A stretch of 64,000 bases of DNA from Candidatus Sumerlaeaceae bacterium (GCA_051003195.1 JBPCLP010000003.1:13215-77214), one strand, 5' to 3'; numbered from the stretch's first letter, positions 1-11,280 are shown. Numbers and translations: made by a program. The notes: a model not told the origin generated them from the sequence alone.

Positions 1-3000
1 GCTTCGCTGATGGTAGCAATAACCGGTATCGTCGCATTTGTAACGGCCGGCGCAACGGTGCTCAGAAGGATCGTGGGCGACGTGCTGTCAAAACCGCGAA
101 CTAACGTATTGGATATGAGGTTGGCATTGCCCACCGAGTCGTGGAATGTGCCGGGATCGACGTTCGTGCTTACAAGTCCGTCCGTCACGGGTAATAGATC
201 GAACGAATAACTGGTTCCCGACCCGCTAAAGTTCGCGATTGTTGCGTTTGCAACGTTCACGTCGCCCGCGTCGAAATCGACCGTCGATTCGCTGATGAGC
301 ACCGTTACGGGAATTGTGGCATTTGTGGACGCCGGAGCGATGGTGCTCAGGAGAATAGTCGGCGGAGTACTATCGAAGGTTCGGCTTATCGTATTCGAAA
401 CAATGTTCGCGTTCGTCGCCGAATCGTGGAAAGCTCCGGCCGGCACGTTGGCCGAAAACAGTCCGTCACTGGTCGGGACCAGGTCGAACGAATATGTCGT
501 ACCCGAACCACTGAAGTTAGCCACCGTTGCGTTTGTCGGATTTATATCTACTGCCCCGAAGTCAGTCGCCGATTCACTCAGGAGCACGCTGATCGTGATG
601 GCAGCATTGGTTGGATCCGGATCCGTGCAGGTTAAGCTGATTGTCGGTGCAATACTATCGAACGTATGCGTCAGCACATTCGACGGCAGGTTCAAATTCG
701 TCGCGCCATCCTGGAACACATTGGCAGCCACGGCGGCACTTACCAGTCCCTGGGCGATTGGAACAAGGTCAAAGGTATAACTGCTTCCCGAACCTGCGAA
801 GTTCGCCACGTTTGCATTCGTCGTCGTTACGTCGCCTGACGTGAAATCGCTGGTCGGCTTGTTGCTGACGGCTGTGACGGCGATATTGCCGTTTGAAGGA
901 TTCGGCGTTACTGTGTTCAGTGTCATGGTTGGTTGTGCCGTATCCCACGCACGGGTCAAGACGTTGGAAGCGGTATTCGGATTTCCAGCGGCGTCATGAA
1001 ACTGACTCGCATTCACCGTGACCGACAGCAGCCCGGGCGAGTTACCAACCAGGTCAAACGAGTAGCTCGTACCGGAACCTGAGAAGTTGCTGACCGTCGC
1101 ATTTGTCGGGGTAATGTCTCCTGCGGAAAAGTCCGTGGTCGCTTCTGTCGTGACGACTGTGACCACGATCGTTGCGTTGGTAGGATCGGGTGATACGCTG
1201 CTAAGGGTGATTCCCGGCGAGACATTATCCACCTGGAACGTTGCGGATGGACCCACGGCCGGTGCAGTAAGTCCCCCGCAGGCCGTGGCGGTGCCTGCTG
1301 CAATCGAGATGCCGATCGTGCCATTGCCCGTGATGCCTGATATCTGCACGGTGGGGTTCGCTGTAGTGCCATTCAGAACGGTAACGGCACCCGAAGCAAA
1401 TCCCGTGGTGTTTAGCGTTACGTCGGCGGCTGTCAGGTTATAGCTCACCGCGCCGGAATACGTTATCGAATAGTTCACCGGACCCGCGCTCGTGAGCGCA
1501 GTAGACGGACTTCCGATCAGGATCCCAGGAGCCGGCTCGCGAACGTCTAATGTTCCTACAACGTTGGTGTTATCAGATGGATTGGAATCCGCGTCGCCGT
1601 TTTGGGCAGTCCCAAGCGTCGTTACCAAACCGCAAACCGTGCTGGTTACGGGAACCGTGAGGTCAACAAAAGCCCCTACCGCGAGCGTTCCAACCTGGAG
1701 CGTCACGATATTGCTGGCCAGCACCGGTGTGCCTGACGTCGCGCTGACGCTGCCGACTATTACACTCGCAGGCAGGTCGTGTGTCAGCGTGATAGCTTCC
1801 GCCGGGTCGGGACCATTGTTTGTCACGCGAACCGTGAAGGTCGAACCGCTGCCAACTTGAATTGGTGTGGGCGCCGCAACGTTAGTAACAACCAGATTGG
1901 CGACGGTACCGACCAGGTTGATCGCGGTAGCCGCGCTGTCGGCCGAATTCGTATCCAGCTCATTGGCGAGCACTGTAGCCGTATTAATGATCGTGCCGGA
2001 CTCATCCACGGTGACCGTAATTTGAACCGTGCGGCTGTCACCTGGAGCAATGCTCGCCCACGTGACCTGCACAAGGCCGCTGTTTTCGACGAGTACTCCG
2101 CCTCCGGATGCGGAGCCAGAATTGTAGGTTACTTCTAAAGGCAGCGAATCTGTCATCACCACATTCGTCGCGATGTAGGGCCCTGCATTGGAGACTGTCA
2201 TATTGTAAGTAATAGTCCCGCCGTTCAAAGGAACTGGAGGCGTTCCCGTTTTCGTGATCGTTAATTCGGCGGTTGGTGTCAGGCTGCACGGGCTCGGGCC
2301 ATTGTTTATATCCGCGGTCTGAAGGCCCAGTGACCAGCAGTTAAGCGTTCCAATGTTCGTTGGCTTGGTATCGGACATACGCAGCTTCCACACCCCGTTG
2401 ATAACGGATGCAGGTTTGCCGCGCAGGAGCGTGGCAAATGGAACCTCAGGATTAAAGGTCCCAACATAAGGACTGGCACCTGCCGAGATTGAAGTGCCGG
2501 CCGCATCACTGAACGTAGTGCGCTGGTTATCTGCGCAACCGCTGCCGAAGTTTGCACCGGAGTTGCCGCCACGTTTGCTCACGAGGCTGACGATAGTCCC
2601 ATCTGGCGCCACGAGGCTCACACGCAAGTCTCTGCTTTTCGGGTGGGTGATGTTAATCGAAACTGTCGTATCGGCTAGCACGCCGCTCAAGCCGGACACC
2701 GTGATCGGCGAATCGATTGTACTGGAACGCCCATTGCGAGGTGAGTCCGGAATTGCGACCGGGGTTGTGTTGTCGAAGCGATAGCTGGTTCGCGACGGCG
2801 CTGCAGTCTGGAACGAGAGCGGTACCGGACCAACAGTCGTGTTCAAGGTAACGTCGAATACTGGAGGGACAATACCCGAGAATGCATTGGTGGTGCTTAC
2901 AAAGAAAAAGAACGTGTTCGCGGCAGATGCGCCGGGAGCGAGATCCGGATAAATCGAACTGCCCTGGGAAATAAAAGCGCCTGCGGCACTGGTGGCCAGC

Positions 3001-6000
3001 GTGGCGCTGAGGCTGGTTGCCGTTGAGGCACTTAGATTCTTAATGGTAACACTGATCGATGTGCACTCGATCGGCTCGATAATATTGTCTCCATCTCCAC
3101 CGCCAATCGTGAAGCTTTCGATGATAAACGAGGGATGTACGAGCGTATAAACTTCACCCGTTGTGAATCCTGCCGTCAGTGCATTGTTAACGAGGTCGCG
3201 GACGTTCGCCAGATTGGCATTCAGATTCAGTCGCAATGTACCGTCGCCAGTAACACCCGTAATGGTCACTGTACGCGTGGCGCCGGTGCCCGTTACCGAG
3301 CTGATTGTGCCGGCGACGCCGCCTGTCGTCGTGAGACTAAAGTTGTTAAGGGCCACGCCAGTGACAGATTCGCTGAAGGTAACCAGGTAACCAAGTGTCG
3401 CGCTGTTGGTCGGGCTGGCCCCGGTGCGGGCGATGGATACGACGGCAGGCGCCGTATGGTCGACCGTGTACACCTGTCCTGTGGTAAATGCCACCGGATT
3501 GTTGCCAACTGCGTCAATGATACCAGCGAGATTTTGATTAAGGTCTAATCGCAGTGTACCATCGCCGACCAGCGTATTGACGGTTACGGTATAGCTGGCT
3601 CCACTGCCAACTACATTGCTCACCGAGCCTGTTACCGTACCTGTACCAACTGCTGTAAAGTTTGCAGTGCCGAGCCCTGTTACGTTCTCAGAGAATGTGA
3701 CCGTAAAGTTGACGCTAGTTGCATTGGTCGGATCTGCACTTGCGCGGTTGATGGACATAACTGCCGGCGGTGTTTGATCGATGGTATAAGACTGTCCGGT
3801 CGTGAACGCCGCAGCGAGGCTGTTGCCGATACTGTCCGTAATAGAGGCAAGGCTCAGGTTCAGGTCGACCTGCAGAGTCCCGGTGCCGGCGACCGTGATT
3901 ACTGGCACGTTCCATGTAGTACCACTGCCAGTGACGGTACCTATCGTGCCCGTTACTCCGGCTCCCACCACACTGAAATTCGCGGCCGAAACACCGGTAA
4001 CCGATTCGCTGAAAGTGACGGTGAAATTGACGGTCGTCGCGTTTGTCGGATTCGTATTAGCGCGATTGATCGACGCTACAGCGGGACCTTGATCGATCGT
4101 ATAGGTTTCACCAGTCGTGAACGTGGCCGCCAACGGATTAGCGAGACTATCAACTATTGTGGTAATGTTCTGGTCGAGGTTCAGGCCGAGAGTACCGTTT
4201 CCGGCCACGCCCGTAATTGTTACATTTCGAGTGGCGCCAGTACCTGTAATTGCGCCGATTGTCCCCGTGGCGGTACCGGTGAGAGCAAGGCTGAAGTTCG
4301 CTCCCGTGACGCCTGTCACCGATTCACTGAAGGTCACTGTAAAGTTCACCGTGGCTGCAAACGTGGGGCTGGCGTTCACACGCGTGACCGAGGAAACGCT
4401 GGGCGCTACGCGATCGACGGTATAGCTCTGGCCAGCAGAAAACGCAACGCTAAGTGGGTTGCCAACTGTATCAGCAATACTGGATAAATTCTGGTCCAGG
4501 TCCAGTCGCAGAGTTCCGCTGCCGCTAAGCGAATTCACAGTAACTGTGTAAGAGGCTCCGCTACCGCTCACATTGCTGACGGTGCCTGTTGCGCCGACGC
4601 CGACCGCCGTGAAACTGGCAGTCGATACACCGGTTACACTCTCGCTGAACGTTACCGTGAAATTGACAGAGGCAGCGTTCGTCGGGTTGACGTCGGCACG
4701 ATTAATCGAGGATACTGTCGGCGCGGTTTGATCGATATTATAGGCCTGACCGGTGGTGAAAGAGGCGCTCAATGGATTCGCCGTGCCGTCCGTGATGCCG
4801 GTCAGGTTCTGGTCCAGGCTGACCTTGATCGTGCCCGTGCCAGAGACCGAGGTCACCGGAACATTCCAGGTTGTTCCACTCCCGGTAACGGTTCCGAGCG
4901 AACCCGTGACACCAGTTCCCACAACAGTGAAGTTACTCGTGGTAACTCCGGTTACAGATTCGGTGAAGGTCACCGTGAAGTTCACCGTGGTTGCATTGGT
5001 TGGATTTGTGTCGGCCCGGTTGATGGACGACACGGAGGGGGGCTGGTCTATCGTGTAGAATTGACCGGTCGTAAAGGTGCCGGCGAGAGGGTTAGTAACC
5101 GTATCGATTATCGTGGTGATGTTCTGATCGAGATTTAGTCCTATCGTCCCATTTCCGCTCACGGAGTTGACGGCTACGTTTCGTGTGGCGCCGGTCCCGG
5201 TGACGGCACCTATGCTGCCACCGGCAGACCCAGTCAGCACGAGCGAGAAGTTACCGGATGTGACTCCGGTCACGGACTCGCTGAATGTAACCAGGAAATT
5301 CACAGTGGATGCGGCAGTCGGATTCGGATCCACGCGGGTGATCGACGTCACGGTCGGGACTGTCTGGTCGACGCTGTAACTCTGCCCTGTTGTAAAAGCC
5401 GCCGCCACGGCATTGCTCGCCGCGTCCTGGATGTTCGCAAGGTTCTGGTCCAGGTTTAATTTAAGTGTACCACTCCCGCTCACGGAAGTCACCGGAACGT
5501 TCCACGTGGTGCCGCTGCCGGTCACCGTTCCAATCGCGCCGGTGACGCCACTTCCAACCAGCGTGAAGTTATTAGCCGCAACCCCCGTTACCGACTCGCT
5601 AAATGTAACCGTGAAGTTTACCGTTGTCGCGTTGGTTGGGTTCGTATTTGTCCGGTTGATCGAACTGACTGTGGGCGCTACAATGTCTGTGCCCGTAACC
5701 GAGATGCTGGCGAACTGGCATTGCCCCCCGTTGGTGCTGGCGTTATATCCATGCAGTCGAAAAACGACATTTGCATTGTTATTGAGCGCTGTAATCGCGG
5801 ACACATTGATGGTGCGTGCAGTCGCAATACCATTTACCGGGGCTACCGTGCTCGCGAGGGTAAAGGATGCTCCGCCATTGGAGCTGTACCAGACACCTAC
5901 GTTGGTCGGTCCATTAGCATTTCGCAGGTCCGTAAAAAGCAGGTTAATGCTTCCAAAGCCCGAGGTGTTGACCGCGATTTCCACATAATCGCCACCAAAG

Positions 6001-6257
6001 GTGGGCTGCGCTGCCGTCCCGGCCTGGTTCCAACTGCTACTGTTGTACGCATTGGCCGTGGCTTGATAGGTAAGCGAGCTGCCGCGCGATACTGATCCAG
6101 TTCCGCTGGCTGCCGCCACACTACCAGCGGTATTCAGATTGGCGTTGTTCCAGGTGGCAACCGTAGCTGCGCAAGCAGGTCCGGACAAACCGAAGACACC
6201 GGAAAGTCCCAGGACAATTATTGCTCCAAGCCGCAATCTTAAATAGGTGAATTCCAT
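1..6257 (-). CDS. Giant secreted/surface protein (>2085 aa, 3' end outside window): signal peptide, N-terminal beta domain, 8 Ig-like repeats, proprotein-convertase P domain, 2 DUF11-like domains, further Ig-like repeats
   Basis: Manual translation: ATG at 6257 after GAGG gives MEFTYLRLRLGAIIVLGLSGVFGLSGPACA. The same frame is open at position 3 (...DSTSPTILLSTVAPAVTNATIPVIATISE). Absent from the ORF track because no stop lies in the window. P-domain-like segment SINITHPKSRDLRVSLVAPDGT...GVWKLRMSD at ~2310-2790. Confidence 0.85.
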   Translation of the reverse strand, partial: MEFTYLRLRLGAIIVLGLSGVFGLSGPACAATVATWNNANLNTAGSVAAASGTGSVSRGSSLTYQATANAYNSSSWNQAGTAAQPTFGGDYVEIAVNTSGFGSINLLFTDLRNANGPTNVGVWYSSNGGASFTLASTVAPVNGIATARTINVSAITALNNNANVVFRLHGYNASTNGGQCQFASISVTGTDIVAPTVSSINRTNTNPTNATTVNFTVTFSESVTGVAANNFTLVGSGVTGAIGTVTGSGTTWNVPVTSVSGSGTLKLNLDQNLANIQDAASNAVAAAFTTGQSYSVDQTVPTVTSITRVDPNPTAASTVNFLVTFSESVTGVTSGNFSLVLTGSAGGSIGAVTGTGATRNVAVNSVSGNGTIGLNLDQNITTIIDTVTNPLAGTFTTGQFYTIDQPPSVSSINRADTNPTNATTVNFTVTFTESVTGVTTSNFTVVGTGVTGSLGTVTGSGTTWNVPVTSVSGTGTIKVSLDQNLTGITDGTANPLSASFTTGQAYNIDQTAPTVSSINRADVNPTNAASVNFTVTFSESVTGVSTASFTAVGVGATGTVSNVSGSGASYTVTVNSLSGSGTLRLDLDQNLSSIADTVGNPLSVAFSAGQSYTVDRVAPSVSSVTRVNASPTFAATVNFTVTFSESVTGVTGANFSLALTGTATGTIGAITGTGATRNVTITGVAGNGTLGLNLDQNITTIVDSLANPLAATFTTGETYTIDQGPAVASINRANTNPTNATTVNFTVTFSESVTGVSAANFSVVGAGVTGTIGTVTGSGTTWNVPVITVAGTGTLQVDLNLSLASITDSIGNSLAAAFTTGQSYTIDQTPPAVMSINRASADPTNATSVNFTVTFSENVTGLGTANFTAVGTGTVTGSVSNVVGSGASYTVTVNTLVGDGTLRLDLNQNLAGIIDAVGNNPVAFTTGQVYTVDHTAPAVVSIARTGASPTNSATLGYLVTFSESVTGVALNNFSLTTTGGVAGTISSVTGTGATRTVTITGVTGDGTLRLNLNANLANVRDLVNNALTAGFTTGEVYTLVHPSFIIESFTIGGGDGDNIIEPIECTSISVTIKNLSASTATSLSATLATSAAGAFISQGSSIYPDLAPGASAANTFFFFVSTTNAFSGIVPPVFDVTLNTTVGPVPLSFQTAAPSRTSYRFDNTTPVAIPDSPRNGRSSTIDSPITVSGLSGVLADTTVSINITHPKSRDLRVSLVAPDGTIVSLVSKRGGNSGANFGSGCADNQRTTFSDAAGTSISAGASPYVGTFNPEVPFATLLRGKPASVINGVWKLRMSDTKPTNIGTLNCWSLGLQTADINNGPSPCSLTPTAELTITKTGTPPVPLNGGTITYNMTVSNAGPYIATNVVMTDSLPLEVTYNSGSASGGGVLVENSGLVQVTWASIAPGDSRTVQITVTVDESGTIINTATVLANELDTNSADSAATAINLVGTVANLVVTNVAAPTPIQVGSGSTFTVRVTNNGPDPAEAITLTHDLPASVIVGSVSATSGTPVLASNIVTLQVGTLAVGAFVDLTVPVTSTVCGLVTTLGTAQNGDADSNPSDNTNVVGTLDVREPAPGILIGSPSTALTSAGPVNYSITYSGAVSYNLTAADVTLNTTGFASGAVTVLNGTTANPTVQISGITGNGTIGISIAAGTATACGGLTAPAVGPSATFQVDNVSPGITLSSVSPDPTNATIVVTVVTTEATTDFSAGDITPTNATVSNFSGSGTSYSFDLVGNSPGLLSVTVNASQFHDAAGNPNTASNVLTRAWDTAQPTMTLNTVTPNPSNGNIAVTAVSNKPTSDFTSGDVTTTNANVANFAGSGSSYTFDLVPIAQGLVSAAVAANVFQDGATNLNLPSNVLTHTFDSIAPTISLTCTDPDPTNAAITISVLLSESATDFGAVDINPTNATVANFSGSGTTYSFDLVPTSDGLFSANVPAGAFHDSATNANIVSNTISRTFDSTPPTILLSTIAPASTNATIPVTVLISESTVDFDAGDVNVANATIANFSGSGTSYSFDLLPVTDGLVSTNVDPGTFHDSVGNANLISNTLVRGFDSTSPTILLSTVAPAVTNATIPVIATISE
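3140..5680 (-). repeat. Eight tandem ~106-aa Ig-like repeats within the giant protein
   Basis: Recurrent unit PTVSSINRxxxNPTNAxxVNFTVTFSESVTGV...GSGTLxLNLDQNL...FTTGQxYxxD at ~318-nt spacing; boundaries approximate. Confidence 0.8.
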
Positions 6258-6586
6258 TATAGACCTCTGATATTACTTGCGATATCGCGTATGAATGCTT
6301 GCTCAAATTCATGAGCAAAGAGCTGTGCTGACTACCGGTGATTGGGTGTCAGCGCAATTCCTTGTTCATGTCTGATGTTCACCCGTTGTACCGGATGAGA
6401 GAGCTGAGGGCGATGGAGGAACGCCCCACCAGGACTGACTTCGAAGGACACGTCAAGCAAAAGTGCAGGCCACTGCACGATTTTTGTGCAAAGTGGATTC
6501 TTGCGACGACATTTGTCGTTTTCGCGCCACCCGGCCGCTTCCCCAAAAAAGTTGAACTGCCAGGATGCGTCACGCCTCGTTCCGCC

Positions 6587-7732
6587 ATGCGAAACCGACG
6601 AACCTTTTTCAATGCGGTGCTGGGGTGTGCAGTTATAGCCGGCCAGCACTGCTGTGAGGCGGGCGAAACTCCCTATTTGACTCAGATTGCAGAAAAAGCC
6701 GAGTCACGTTATGGCCGCTTGAATGATCTGCTGTCCTCGGGCACACGCCCGGTCCGATCTTCGTCCGATTGGCCTGACCGCCGCGCAGAGATCAATGCCA
6801 CGCTGCTTACGTACCTCGGTCCGTTCCCGCGAAATCGCTGCGATATTCAGCCGCGCATACTCCGCGAAGAACAGATAGATGGCTACACGCGCAAGAAGGT
6901 GCGCTACCTGACCGAGCCGGGGGAGGACGTCACTGCGTTTCTCCTGATCCCTGACGGTGCGACCAGCACATCGCTGCGCCCCGCCGTACTGGCCTGCCAC
7001 CAGACCAGTGAACCAGCGAAAGAAGAGGTGTGCGGCGTAACCTCCAGCCCCGCCAGCATGCAATATGGTCTGGACCTCGTGCGCCGCGGCTATGTGGTGC
7101 TGGCACCGGACAGCATCACGGCAGGGGAGCGCGTCTACGACGGCTATGAGCCGTTCGAGACGAAAGGTTTCGATGAAAGGAACCCGCAATGGTCCGCCAT
7201 CGGTAAAATGGCGTGGGACCACATGCGCGGTCTCGACTACCTCGAGCTGCAGCCTTACGTCGATCGCGATCGCATCGGCGTGGTGGGGCATTCGCTGGGC
7301 GCCTATAACGCGTTCTTCCTGGCCGGTTTGGACGAGCGCGTGAAAGTAGTGGTGGAGAGCTGCGGCTATTGCACGATTGCGTCTGACCCGGGGCGCGAGC
7401 GTTGGGCGCGCACGAAGTGGTTCGTACACATGCCGCGCTTACGACCCTTTGTCGCGCCCGGCAGCAAACTGAAATCGCCATTCGATTTTCACGAGGTGCT
7501 ATCACTCATCGCGCCCCGCCCGCTTTTTCAGTCGGTTGGGCTGCAGGACAAAATCTTCGGCACCGCCGACAGCGCGGCGCAGGTTCACCTGCAGTTGCAA
7601 AAGTTGTATGGCCTGCTTGGCGCCGGCGACAAACTTGAGACCTATTTTTTCGACGGGCCGCACGATTTCCCGCCGGACGCGAAGGAGAGGGCGTACGCGT
7701 TCCTCGACCGTTGGTTAAAACCGGATCGCTGA
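6587..7732 (+). CDS. Alpha/beta hydrolase (dienelactone hydrolase / carbohydrate esterase-like), possible Tat substrate
   Basis: GHSLG nucleophile elbow, C-terminal HDF, LIAPRPL motif; start chosen at MRNRRTFF. Confidence 0.8.
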   Translation: MRNRRTFFNAVLGCAVIAGQHCCEAGETPYLTQIAEKAESRYGRLNDLLSSGTRPVRSSSDWPDRRAEINATLLTYLGPFPRNRCDIQPRILREEQIDGYTRKKVRYLTEPGEDVTAFLLIPDGATSTSLRPAVLACHQTSEPAKEEVCGVTSSPASMQYGLDLVRRGYVVLAPDSITAGERVYDGYEPFETKGFDERNPQWSAIGKMAWDHMRGLDYLELQPYVDRDRIGVVGHSLGAYNAFFLAGLDERVKVVVESCGYCTIASDPGRERWARTKWFVHMPRLRPFVAPGSKLKSPFDFHEVLSLIAPRPLFQSVGLQDKIFGTADSAAQVHLQLQKLYGLLGAGDKLETYFFDGPHDFPPDAKERAYAFLDRWLKPDR

Positions 7733-7743
7733 AAGTTTAGCCG

Positions 7744-10700
7744 TTAATACAGCCGCACGGTCGCCACCTGCTGCGGTTTCATCGGCACGGCAAACTCGCC
7801 GTTCGTCTGCTGTAGTGGCGAGGAAGTGGAATCCTCCACCAGGTTCAAAAGCTCGGCTCGAATTGTGGAGCTGCCACGGACCCGCACGCGTGCCGTCGTC
7901 GGAGTTTCCTGGGCGTTGCGCAAACGAACCACCATCCCGTTGCCATCTTCTGCGGCTTTGATCGTGCCAACGATGACGCCGTTTCCGGTCACGTTTACCT
8001 GTGGCGCGTCTTCCCTGGCTGTACCGCCCGGCGAGACCGCTGCGAGCATTGGCACCGCTGTGTCGCGTGCGAACCGCAGGCACTGCTCGTTCGTGAATCC
8101 AGCCTTGCCGCTCGTGATGTCGTAGCGGAACAGGAAATCGCCGCCCTGGCCGGCCTTGTAGTTGGTGTGCCAGTAGTTGTTCATCGCGTACGAGAAGATG
8201 GTCGGCGTGGTCAGTTCCGGATCCGCCGGCCAGCGCCCACGGTTCACGTTACCCAGGCAAACGAGTGGCACATCGGGCGAGGCCCATATAATTTCCGTGC
8301 CGCGCTTCTCATCCGCACACGCCACGAAATCCTGCACGCAATACCACTCGTGGCAGGCGCCGTGGGCGAAATCTTTTTCGGGGCGCTGAATGGCGTTGCT
8401 CATCCCGAGCCGGAATTTCGGGTCGCTCCCCGCGAATGGAAAGGCGATATACACCGCTTCCTTGGTGCGAATCTCTTTTTTGCCATGGAAGTGGACGTCC
8501 AGGCTGATCCGCTTCTGGCGGTTGTGTAGCCGAACGTACATAGTCATGTGCTGCATTGCCGGCGTGGCGGATCGCACCACGGCTTCCTGGCAGATCGGCC
8601 CGGCGTTTGGTTCCGGTTGCACGAAAGTCACGTTTGCCGCGGTCAGATACACCGTGCCCTTTGGCGGAGTCAGTGCGCGCGCGGTGTTCGTGTTCGCCAC
8701 GACATCGGCGAAGGGGCCCTGGTCGGGGTGGATCATGCGCGTACCTTCACCCCCGGACGCATACACAAGCTGCCCGAAACTGTACGGACTGGCCCGATTC
8801 AGCAGTTCGGCGCCGGTCTCTTTGTCGACGATGCTGCTGATACCGGACGTGGTCGAGAGCTCGATGCGATAGAACGCGTTCTCGAGCGCATGCAGGCGCA
8901 CATCCTGGCCGGTGACTGTTGCATCGGGACGCGCCAGGTCGGTGCTGATGATTTTCGTTCCGAGCGCAGGCACGTCCTCGGCATAGATGTAATCCCGGAA
9001 TAGTGTCGTGGTGGATTCTGTCTCGCCGGCGCGGCGCTCGAGACGCTGCACGTGACCATTGCGCGGATCGCGGATAAATCCAGCCGGCAGCTCAACGGGC
9101 CCGCTGCGTGTCCACGAGCACGGGTTGAAGACCACCAGCTCGCCACGCTTGGACGGCACGGCCTTCAGGTAGGCTTCGAGTCCCGCCTTTTGCAGGTCAC
9201 GGGTTTCGCTATCGGGCCGGTGGGCGTATTCGGCTTTCGTGTTCCACTGGTCGATGGTCATGGGGTCGTCTGGTGAACTGATGGATTGCGCAGCGCCCCA
9301 CGTGTGTTCCGCGTAGAAGATGATATCTTCCCATGCCTTCTGGAAGCGTTCATACGGGTAAGACTCCGTGGCGCCGGCAAGCTTGGCGAGGCTCCACAGC
9401 GTCTCGGCGGTCGTGATTCGCCGCTGGTTTTCCATGTGGATCGTCGTTTCTTTTTGCGTGGAACCGGCGCCATCCTCCCAGAACGCGCCGAAATCTTTCG
9501 CACGGACCTCGATCTTTTTCGCAAAATGCTTTTCGAGATATTCGAAAAACTCCGGGCCACGCGAGACGATGATTTGAGGATACGCATAGCGCGCATTCCA
9601 TTCCTTCAGAAGATCGCCATATCTCGTATCCACTTCCCAGTTGTCCAGGAACGCGCCATAAAGATATGCTGCATCGTAGGGATACTCTGCGCCTTTGCGC
9701 TCGTGACCTCGCACCACGCCGGCTACGTTTTCGTACATCGTGTCAAGGTCCTGCGACTGCGCCAGCCAGGCACTTTGCGCATAGCCCTCGCTCAGCCACG
9801 TCAGTACTCGCGATCCATCGGGTCCTTCCCAGTAAAACGGCGCACGGATGCCGGAGTGGCGCAGTACCGGGCCGCGGTCCTGGTTGCAGCCTTCCGAAAA
9901 ATAGGGCACTCCGCTGGCTGCCATCGCCGAGGCGAGACCGCGTGTTGCGCTCGGAATGTCGGTCATGAGAGAAGTCGAAACATCGATGCCATAATTGCGA
10001 CGCAATCCTGCCGCGTAGTAGGCGTAGTGGTTCATCGCTTCGTCGCTCATCAGCGCGGTAAGCATGTTCAGGTAGCCCGCGTTCAACCCGAGCCGCCCCT
10101 GCTTCATTAGCGAGATCAGCTCCTGCTGCGCGGTCGTCGGGCGATCATTGAAATAGTTCTGAACTTCCCACGCCACCTCGATGCTCCACTTGAACAGCGG
10201 GTTGCGCTGGCACATCTCCATCACTTTGTCGAGGTTCGCATTGTGCCGGTGGAACACGTCGATCTGCCGGTGCGTGTAGCCGATGTCGGTGTGGATGCTT
10301 GGCTGGACGAAAATCTTCCACTTGCGCTGGGGCGAGATCGCCACCTCGGTGCGGATCGGTTCTGCGCCAGGGCCGTCCGCAGCGAACTCGATGGTAACGG
10401 TCGTGTTTTGCTCCGCCGCGGGAACCAACACGTCAAAACTGTTCCCGCCGAACTTCAGTTGCGAACCTGCGCCTGACTGGGTGGTGTTCTGTTTGCCGGC
10501 GACGCCGGTGCGGATGGACGCGTTCACCGGCGGCCCGTGATTGATGACAGTTCCACGGATGACCTGCTGAAGACCACTTGCGGTACCCGTCGTAAGGCAG
10601 GGCGTCTGTTCGAATTTCAGGTCGCTGAAACGCACCGCCGACTTCGACTCATCCACTTCCAGTTGCACGTTGTCGTAGAGCATCCATGCGCCGTCGACGA

Positions 10701-11214
10701 TCGTGAGCGCGATCTCGTTGCTACCCGCTCGCAACATCTCGGGGAAGAACTCGACTCGCGTGCTGCCCGGCTTGCCTTTGGATTCATCATAAAGAGCCTC
10801 GTCCCCGGGCCCGCGCGGCACCGGCGTCACTGTCGTGTTGCCGTTGATGCTGGCCTGCATCTTCTCCTGCGCACCCGCGTAGCTGCCCAGCGAGTTGACA
10901 ACAACAGCGCATTGTCCCTTCGGCACGGCTGGAAGATCGAAGCGGATTTTCAGCGTATGCGTTTTTTCCCCCGCCCATCGATCAACCGGGCCGGGGTGAA
11001 TGTACGGCCACTTAACGGCAGCATCCTTGCCCGCCTGGAACGAGAAGTCCGCGGGCACCTCTTTCGAGAACCGATCGAAGTGGCGCTCGAGGCCGAACTC
11101 ACGGCCGGACTGATCCTGCTGGCCGATGGTCCACAGGACGGTGGGGGCACCAGCCGCGGTTGCCATGAATGCATACGAAAAACTGACTGCAACGAATCCG
11201 CGTAGAGTTTTCAT
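7744..11214 (-). CDS. Secreted GH38 alpha-mannosidase-like glycoside hydrolase with N-terminal lyase-family-4-like beta domain
   Basis: HTDIGYT, AEHTWG, YAMNNYWHTNY and KAAEDGNGMVVRL motifs; signal peptide MKTLRG. Confidence 0.85.
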   Translation of the reverse strand: MKTLRGFVAVSFSYAFMATAAGAPTVLWTIGQQDQSGREFGLERHFDRFSKEVPADFSFQAGKDAAVKWPYIHPGPVDRWAGEKTHTLKIRFDLPAVPKGQCAVVVNSLGSYAGAQEKMQASINGNTTVTPVPRGPGDEALYDESKGKPGSTRVEFFPEMLRAGSNEIALTIVDGAWMLYDNVQLEVDESKSAVRFSDLKFEQTPCLTTGTASGLQQVIRGTVINHGPPVNASIRTGVAGKQNTTQSGAGSQLKFGGNSFDVLVPAAEQNTTVTIEFAADGPGAEPIRTEVAISPQRKWKIFVQPSIHTDIGYTHRQIDVFHRHNANLDKVMEMCQRNPLFKWSIEVAWEVQNYFNDRPTTAQQELISLMKQGRLGLNAGYLNMLTALMSDEAMNHYAYYAAGLRRNYGIDVSTSLMTDIPSATRGLASAMAASGVPYFSEGCNQDRGPVLRHSGIRAPFYWEGPDGSRVLTWLSEGYAQSAWLAQSQDLDTMYENVAGVVRGHERKGAEYPYDAAYLYGAFLDNWEVDTRYGDLLKEWNARYAYPQIIVSRGPEFFEYLEKHFAKKIEVRAKDFGAFWEDGAGSTQKETTIHMENQRRITTAETLWSLAKLAGATESYPYERFQKAWEDIIFYAEHTWGAAQSISSPDDPMTIDQWNTKAEYAHRPDSETRDLQKAGLEAYLKAVPSKRGELVVFNPCSWTRSGPVELPAGFIRDPRNGHVQRLERRAGETESTTTLFRDYIYAEDVPALGTKIISTDLARPDATVTGQDVRLHALENAFYRIELSTTSGISSIVDKETGAELLNRASPYSFGQLVYASGGEGTRMIHPDQGPFADVVANTNTARALTPPKGTVYLTAANVTFVQPEPNAGPICQEAVVRSATPAMQHMTMYVRLHNRQKRISLDVHFHGKKEIRTKEAVYIAFPFAGSDPKFRLGMSNAIQRPEKDFAHGACHEWYCVQDFVACADEKRGTEIIWASPDVPLVCLGNVNRGRWPADPELTTPTIFSYAMNNYWHTNYKAGQGGDFLFRYDITSGKAGFTNEQCLRFARDTAVPMLAAVSPGGTAREDAPQVNVTGNGVIVGTIKAAEDGNGMVVRLRNAQETPTTARVRVRGSSTIRAELLNLVEDSTSSPLQQTNGEFAVPMKPQQVATVRLY

Positions 11215-11280
11215 AATACCGGTGCAATGGCCCCACACGCGATAATAAAGGGAAATAAGCGCAGTTTGACGGAAATCGGG

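Noticed and set aside
10..6095. Many plus-strand Val/Thr-rich ORFs
   Set aside because: Antisense shadows of the giant minus-strand gene.
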